64,000 nucleotides of DNA, taken from NCBI RefSeq assembly GCF_947568905.1, contig NC_079173.1, positions 15,190,001 to 15,254,000 on the forward strand, written 5' to 3'. Both the position numbers and the translations under genes were made by a program. The notes below the pieces were generated by a model. That model made no database searches. It was given only the letters and a program-made list of their open reading frames with translations, and had not been told where the DNA came from. Numbering within the stretch: the stretch's first letter is position 1; the number at the start of each line of letters is the position of its first letter. This document shows positions 38,401 through 47,400 of this stretch, in pieces. Source of the stretch: Ostrea edulis (lineage: Eukaryota).

Positions 38401-41400
38401 TGACGTATGATAAAGTTACCAGCACGGAGGTGTCCGGTGCCACGCTCATCAAAAACGGGGCAAGTACATGTAGTTACAGAAAAACAGCATAGGATTTCAA
38501 AGTACTGTTACAATCTTTATTATAATACTTTCATGTAATTTAGTCGAATCTGAATGGTCGAGAAACTTTTGAAAAAAACAATAACATTGTTACCCTCTGA
38601 GAACAGAAACCACGCCCTCTTGGGTGATAGTATATAGCAACGGGCAACAGTACTTGATGACTTGATGATGATCCTATAAAAATTATGACATGCGTCAAAT
38701 TTATGCGCGTATGGTTCGCCGTAGATTGTTAGACAACGCCGTTTAAACGTTTGTTATAACCGCGAATACACGCATTGATATACAAAACCTCGAATGATAG
38801 TAATTGATCAAATGTCAACAGATGTAAGTTTTTCTGCTTTGTTGTTTATGTAACATTCAGTATGATAAAACAAATTGCATGTAGTTGAGGCAAAGTTTAT
38901 GTAATGTTACATGTATTGGGGTTAAACAATTATTCCTACACGTATATTGATTGTTTTATTAATATGATTTTATAATGAAAGGTGAAGATAACGAACAGTG
39001 ATCAATATCATAACTCCTATAAGCAATACAAAATAAAGAGTTGGGCAAACATGGACCCCTAGATATACCAGAGGTGGGATCAGGTGCCTATCCTAAACAT
39101 AGAATTCCTCAGCTAGAGTCAACGACACAAAACCTTGTTTACAGATACAGTGCAAGACTTGGTCAAAGTGATTAAGGACGCGAGTGTTAGTTTATCTGAT
39201 GATATTAGTGACGTGAGTGTTAATTTGTCTGATGATGTTAGTGACGCGAGTGTTAGTTTATCTGATGATATTAGTGACGCCAGTGTTAGTTTATCTGATG
39301 ATGTTAGTGACGCGAGTGTTAGTTTATCTGATGATGTTAGTGACGCCAGTGTTAGTTTATCTGATGATGTTAGGGACGCGAGTGTTAGTTTATCTAATGA
39401 TGTTAGGGACGCGAGTATCGGTTTATCTGATGATGTTAGTGACGCGAGTGTTAATTATTCTGATGATATTAGTGACGCCAGTGTTAGTTTATCTGATGAT
39501 GTTAGTGACGCCAGTGTTAGTTTATCTGATGATGTTAGTGACGCCAGTGTTAGTTTATCTGATGATGTTAGTGACGCGAGTGTTAGTTTATCTGATGATG
39601 TTAGTGACGCGAGTGTTAGTTTAACTGATGATGTTAGTGACGCGAGTCTTAGTTTATCTGATGATGTTAGTGACGCCAGTGTTAGTTTATCTGATGATGT
39701 TAGTGACTCGAGTGTTAGTTTATCTGATGATGTTAGTGACGCCAGTGTTAGTTTAACTGATGATGTTAGTGACGCCAGTGTTAGTTTATCTGATGATGTT
39801 AGTGACGCGAGTGTTAATTTATCTGTTGATATTAGTGACGCGAGTGTTAGTTTATCTGATGATGTTAGTGACGCGAGTATTAGTTTATCTGATGATGTTA
39901 GTGACGTGAGTATTAGTTTATCTGATGATATTAGTGACGCGAGTCTTAGTTTATCTGATGATGTTAGTGACGCCAGTGTTAGTTTATCTGATGATGTTAG
40001 TGACTCGAGTGTTAGTTTATCTGATGATGTTAGTGACTCGAGTGTTAGTTTATCTGATGATGTTAGTGACGCCAGTGTTAGTTTAACTGATGATGTTAGT
40101 GACGCCAGTGTTAGTTTAACTGATGATATTAGTGACGCGAGTGTTAGTTTATCTGATGATGTTAGTGACGCGAGTATTAGTTTATCTGATGATGTTAGTG
40201 ACGTGAGTATTAGTTTATCTGATGATATTAGTGACGCGAGTGTTAGTTTAACTGATGATGTTAGTGACGCGAGTATTAGTTTATCTGATGATGTTAGTGA
40301 CGCGAGTGTTAATTATTCTGATGATATTAGTGACGCCAGTGTTAGTTTATCTGATGATGTTAGTGATGCGAGTGTTAGTTTAACTGATGATGTTAGTGAC
40401 GCGAGTATTAGTTTATCTGATGATGTTAGTGACGCGGGTGTTAATTTGTCTGATGATGTTAGGGACGTGAGTGTTAATTTATCTGATGATGTCAGTGACG
40501 CGAGTGTTAGTTTATCTGATGATGTTAGTGATGCGAGTGTTAATTTATCTGATGATGTTAGTGACGCGAGTGTTAATTTATCTGATGATATTAGTGATGC
40601 GAGTATTAGTTTATCTGATGATGTTAGTGACGCCAGTGTTAGTTTATCTGATGATATTAGTGACGTGAGTGTTAGTTTATCTGATGATGTTAGTGACGCG
40701 AGTATTAGTTTATCTGATGATATTAGTGACGTGAGTGTTAGTTTATCTGATGATGTTAGTGACGCGAGTATTAGTTTATCTGATGATATTAGGGACGTGA
40801 GTATTAGTTTATCTGATGATATTAGTGACGCCAGTGTTAGTTTATCTGATGATGTTAGGGACGCCAGTGTTAGTTTATCTGATGATATTAGTGACGTGAG
40901 TGTTAGTTTATCTGATGATATTAGTGACGCGAGTGTTAATTATTCTGATGATATTAGGGACGTGAGTGTTAATTTATCTGATGATATTAGTGACGCGAGT
41001 GTTAATTATTCTGATGATATTAGTGACGTGAGTGTTAGTTTATCTGATGATGTTAGTGACGCGAGTGTTAGTTTGTCTGATGATGTTAGTGACGCCAGTG
41101 TTAGTTTATCTGATGATGTTAGTGACGTGAGTGTTAGTTTATCTGATGATATCAGGGACGCCAGTGTTAATTTATTTGATGATGTTAGGGACGCGAGTGT
41201 TAGTTTATCTGATGATATTAGTGACGCGAGTGTTAGTTTATCTGATGATGTTAGTGACGTGAGTATTAATTTATCTGATGATTGTATGATTTAAAACATT
41301 GAAGCTCGCTGTTAGAGCTTATCAGACGACACCTAATCAGCCATTTCTGTTTACATATACAATGCAAGACGTGGTCGAAATTAAAGATACGAATTTTCAA

Positions 41401-44400
41401 TGGACTGCCAAAGAATAAGAACCAATCGTATCGATTTGGAAATTACCAATTTAATTTTGGTCCGATGTTGACAAAATTAATTGTTATATTCATGTCGAAT
41501 GCATAGGGTAAACATTAATATAATCTTCATTAGTACGAGTGTGGGATAGTGAAATTCCACTGAGGGGACAAGATTCACAGTCTAGGACGAGGCTTTGCCG
41601 AGTCCTAGACAGCGAATCTTGTTCCAGAGGTGGAATTTCGTTATCCCACACGAGTAAATAATGAAGGATTATTTTTCTCACATATTACCTACAGTTTAGT
41701 GCATAAATTTAGGAGCTTTGAGAAAATTCTAAATTATCAAAATCCTCATTTGAACTTCCATGCAAAAACTAACTAGATAAGCAAAAAGAGCATACCTGAA
41801 AATGGTTTACACTGTAAGTGTAAACTAAAAAACTCAAGGTTGTCCACCAGAAAGCTATACTACATTAAAATGTAAAGAAAACAATGCAAAATATTTTACT
41901 TCACCTTGTAACGTAAATCTTCACTGTGTAACGTATATCGTAGAAAATATATGACGTCACAATCAAATGACGTCGCAGCAGTGTGATACCGAAAAATCTC
42001 ACATGGCTGTCTCGCATGGGCAATAAAGAATATCACACTCTAATGTTGATCTCGGACCTGGGATTGGCCCCAAGAGTTGATCTCGACCCTCACCCTACGG
42101 GCTCGGGCCGAGATCACTCGAGGGGCAATCCCTGGTCCGAGATCAACATTAGAGTGTGATATTGTTTATATCATATACCTAAAACACAACAAGTTGATAA
42201 ACATTTTTTTTTAAATTGGGTGGGTGGGTGGGGGGGGGGTCATTGACCCAAACATAAATACATGGTATACTGTACAACGATATTTGACTATTTCATTCCT
42301 TCAGAGAGTTTACTTTAATGGTTACGTTTCCAGTACTATTGACATTGTGAAACATGCTAAAGTCTGGGTTTTGTAGCTTTATTCCATTGCTGATTTTTAT
42401 TTATTTTTTCGGATTTACCAAACTCGCCCGTTTTCAATATTTCATATAATTTGTAAGAGTTGTAGAACTTTGTTTACGTGGCGTCATCGTATGAACGGGA
42501 ATGATGCTGCTATTTCTTTGCTTAAGGAATGTTACCTTATACTGATGTAAGTTTTTTTTTTTACCGTTTCCCATCTGTTTTAGCATCTATAAGTCGTTGA
42601 AATACGTCGGAAGATAATGGTTCTACTTTTCTCGTTTTATTGCCAAGTCCTCGGGATTTTAGATTTCAGAAATCGTTTTAAAACAGTTTTCTACATCAAA
42701 ATTGCTATAAATTAACATTTTATCTCCATTAGGACCGGGGATTTCTGAAAATGCTTCAGTATCACCCTCCATAATCCTCCTACTGTTTTCTGTCACCTAG
42801 AACGTTGATTGTTTTGAAATGAAGTTAAACGTGTTATTGTTCTAAATAAACAATTGTTACTTGGGTTACCCCCCCCCCCCCTTTGCTTAGATACTCGCTA
42901 CAATTTAGCGCTGTTTTCAAAAACGTTTTTATTTAATTTTTCTGCTTAAATTAAATTTTGTCATGGAAGAAAGTATTATATATGAAAAAAATTGTGTCTA
43001 ACATCATTTTTTCATGTAGTTATGTTAGATTTCAAAAATTAAAGAAGAAATAGCCATTTGAAATTTGAGGGCGAGACAGCCCCTTGACAACGGGCCGAGA
43101 CAGAGATATCTCGGCCCTTAGGGCGAGACAGCCCTACCTTCTTGCAGCTGTCTCACCCTAGTCAAGATAGGTGTATCAGGGCTGATACACTACTAGGTAT
43201 ATGATATAAGTCGATCTCACACTGGTGATAATGTGAGAAAAGGTTTTATTTTTGTACAGTAGCTTGATGGATCTCAGCCAACCAGATTATCCAGTCATAT
43301 CATGATAAACGTTATTATCTGTGGAATTGTATATCCCCAACATTAACCTTGCCTTGTCGGGATAATCAGCGAGGGCATAATTTAAAACGGAACGAACACA
43401 CCAATTCTCGTGTGAAGAAAACAATAAGTTAAAGAGATCACTTTGTCATGTTTTACAGGTAGGGTGTAAACTGCTGTCGTTCCTGAAGATTTATTTTAAG
43501 TGCTGTTGCTACACTTGGATGTTCTGTGAAGGTGTATATCTTCATCGTCTGATGTCCAACGCTTTCTCGCCTCCTCGCTGCTTGGTGCCCATGTACGTAT
43601 TCGGGTGGACCGTACCGCTGTCCTCGTCCGCTGTATACGGCTTGCTTCGTGGGATATATAACAACGAGAGGTGGGGAACGTTATTCATAATATCTTAACA
43701 AGCTTAGAGTGTGTTCGATCACCATCACTCCCTGGAATAGCGGAGCAATGACCCTTTATATACATTGTACATGCATAATGGATTAAGGAGGTATGCTACA
43801 CCAGAGAAATTCGATATGGATGAAAAGTGGTAGGATATGTACAACAATATTTTCAAATTGAAAACTTTCAAATTTACTTTATTTAGTCAAAAAGTGCAGT
43901 TTTAGTAGAAAGCAATCTGAAAAAAAGATTGAAAACCCCTGCTTGACTCGAACACACGATCTACAGTTCAGCAGTCGACGTGCTAACCTTCTGAACTACT
44001 CAGCTGGGCGATAAATTTAGAAATGAATAGACAAATATTACTGATATTTATATTTCCATCCATGTTTCAAATGGAAGTCAGCCATTATGACGATGTAGAG
44101 TACCTCCTTAAGCTGAAACTACATTTCGAGATATCGTAACCTGATTTAATGTTGGTGTATTAAGGGTTGTGGAGTCAGATTGTACCCCACTGGAATCCTT
44201 CTTAATTCGTTTGTATAATCACTGATCTTAGTGGGGTCTCGATATCACTATTTCAGGAAATAAACAAGTTTTAACATTGTTCTTGTCTCCCTTTGTTGCC
44301 ATGCTTTTTCACATTACCTATGTCGCCATAATTAAACCGTACAAAAATAAGCCATTTTTACATTTTCCTGATTTTACTTTTTAATGATGTACTGTAGTTG

Positions 44401-47400
44401 CTGGGCCTACGGCTACAAACAGCTGGAGTGGATTTTTGACGGACCTAATGTACTCTTCCTGGTGGTAAATAATATAGCATTCATTACATAGTCCCGCTTT
44501 GTCTAAACATACATGTACAGCTGCAATAAAATGTAATTACAGCGTACATGTATAATGACTGTAACATATTTCAAATTCAAGATCTACTTTTGTTAATCGT
44601 GAATTAGTATAGTACCGTCAGTACTGCTATTTGTGAAAATATTTGTTGTAAATTTTGCAAGAGTTTTTTTTTTCTATTGCCTTCTCTGATTTACCACTGC
44701 GAAGCAGTTATTGCACAATAAGCACACATGAAAAATTACTTGTGTGAACGGACAACCACACTTCCGCTTCAAGTACTTGGTGATTGCTTTTTTCTTCTTC
44801 CACGATATGAATATATCGCAAACAAAACGCCATTTACAGATCATGATCTTCATAAATATTCACAGACTTTAATTAAAAAAAAAAATTAATACATTCTACC
44901 AATATAAGAAAAGTATAGGTAACATAAACAAAAGGTAGTAATGAATAATTTCGTCTTCATTTTTCAAGCTGAATTTGGTTTTCCTGACAAACATCTTACG
45001 AATCCTGCTGACGCAATTGCAATCACACCCAAATGAGCCAGGAAATTTTAGGTAGGTACCTTTTTATATCAAACAGCAAAATATTGGTGATTTAATGAAA
45101 AATAATATTAAGTGATTTAATTTTTTTTTTAAAAATGGTGATTAAAATTAACCCGTGCTTAATCATTGTACCATGATATATTCGTGAGTAAGACAACACT
45201 CCACCCAACCCCTTTTGCATATTCAAGTTAGGATACCATTTGGAATAATTCTAGGACAGGTGCCTTGGTTTTTTTAATAGCAACAATTACGATGCGCGTT
45301 AGCAAGTTATCATGCCGAACTGTGTTCGACTTACTAGTATTCCGGATATAAAAAAGGAAATGGCTATCTGTACAATTTGTAGCGATATCAAAGGCAAACA
45401 TCTTGAAAATGAAAATATTTTGCGAATATCTACCCCCATAAATCGCGTGTGCTTCTATTAAAAACAACTTCCACTAAATCAGGTTACCATTCTATTATAC
45501 TTGAATTTCACGTATTTTATTACCATTTAAAATAGAATTATATCTTCTTCTTAGGAAAGCTGTGAAAGCCACGTTTATTCTGATTCCATTATTTGGCATT
45601 CAGTTATTTGTAACGATGTACAGAGTGCCAATCAGTGTAGAGGGAGGGCTGGAGTATGAGCGGGTCACCGTCATAGTCGACCATACACAGGTAGGAAAAA
45701 CACAAAGGTAATCCGACCATAGTGTGCCACACAAAAATAGGGAAAACACAAAGGTAATCCGACCATAGCGAACCACACAAAGATAGGAAAAACTCAAAGG
45801 TAATACGACCATAGTCAACCATACACAGGTAGGAAAAACACAAAGGTAATCCGACCATAGTGAACTACACAAAGATGGAAAAACACAAAGGTAATGCGAC
45901 CATAGTCAACCATACACAGATAGGAAAAACACAAAGGTAATCCGACCATAGTCAACCATACACAGATAGGAAAAACACAAAGGTAATCCGACCATAACGA
46001 ACCGCACAAAGATAGGAAAAACTCAAAGGTAATCCGACCATAGTCAACCATACACAGGTAGGAAAAACACAAAGGTAATCCGACCATAGCGAACTACACA
46101 AAGATGGAAAAACACAAAGGTAACCCGACCATAGTCAACCATACACAGATAGGAAAAACACAAAGGTAATCCGACCATAGTCAACCATACACAGATAGGA
46201 AAAACACAAAGGTAATCCGACCATAGCGAACTACACAACGATAGGAAAAACGCAAAGGTAATCCGACCATAGTCAACCATACACAGGTAGGAAAACACAA
46301 AGGTAATCCGACCACAGCAAACAACAGAAATATAGGAAAAACACAAAGGTAATCTGACTATAGTGAACCACACACAGGTAGGAAAAACATAGGTAATCCG
46401 ACCATAGTGAACCACACACAGGTAGGAAACAGAAAGGTAATCCGACCATAATCAACCACACACAGGTAGGAAAAACACAAAGGTAATCCAGCAATAGTAA
46501 ACCACACAAAGGTAGGAAAAACTCAAAGATAATCCAACCATAGTGAACCACACAAAGATAGGAAACACACAAAGGTAATCCGACCATAATCAACCACACA
46601 CAGGTAGGAAAAACAGAAAGGTACTCCAGTCATAGTAAACCACACAGAAAAATAGGGGGAAAACAACGATAATCCGACCATAGTGAACCACACAAAGATA
46701 GGAAAAACACAAAGGTAATCCAACCATAGTGAACCACACAAAGATAGGAAAAACACAAAGGTAATCCGACCATAGTGAACCACACAAAAGTAAATTAAAC
46801 ACAGTGAACCACACAAATTAGAAACAATAAACCTCGCTAAGAAAAAATAAGCCCTTGTAACACCTCATGCAGGTAAAACTGGTTTGACAGTGAATCACAC
46901 AAAAACAATACACAGTATACGACACACAGAGGAATGTGTCATGATGAACCATGATCAGGATAATTAGTCATAGTGAACCACATACAGGTAAACCGGTCAT
47001 ATTGAACCAAATAAAGGTAAATCGGTCACGGTGAACGACACAAAGGTAACCCAGTTATATATTGAACCACACGAAATTTAATTCTATAATAGTGAACTAC
47101 ATAAAGGTAATTTGATTATAGTGAAGCACATACAATGTACAGATATATTGCCCATAGTTAACCACACACAGGTAAACTGCCCATAATGATCCACATATGG
47201 TGACTAAACCCAGATAAACTGCCCATAGTGAACCACACATAGATATACTACCCATAATGCACCACACGTAGCTAAACCGTTCATAATAACCCATGAACAG
47301 ATAAACGATCATAGTAAACAACGCACAGATAAAGTGGTCAGTTTAACATTCAAAGGTAAACCATTTCTATTGACCTACACAGGTAAATACATGTAGGTAA

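Noticed and set aside
39177-41282. CTGATGA in every 33-bp unit resembles the hammerhead core
   Set aside because: There is no GAAA or UH and no stem II/III; coincidental.
39177-41282. Regular short repeats could suggest a CRISPR array
   Set aside because: Head-to-tail tandem units with no unique spacers, eukaryotic context, no cas genes.
45600-47321. Many overlapping hydrophobic - strand ORFs (MVGLPLCFSYLC...)
   Set aside because: Translation artefacts of the 46-bp minisatellite.
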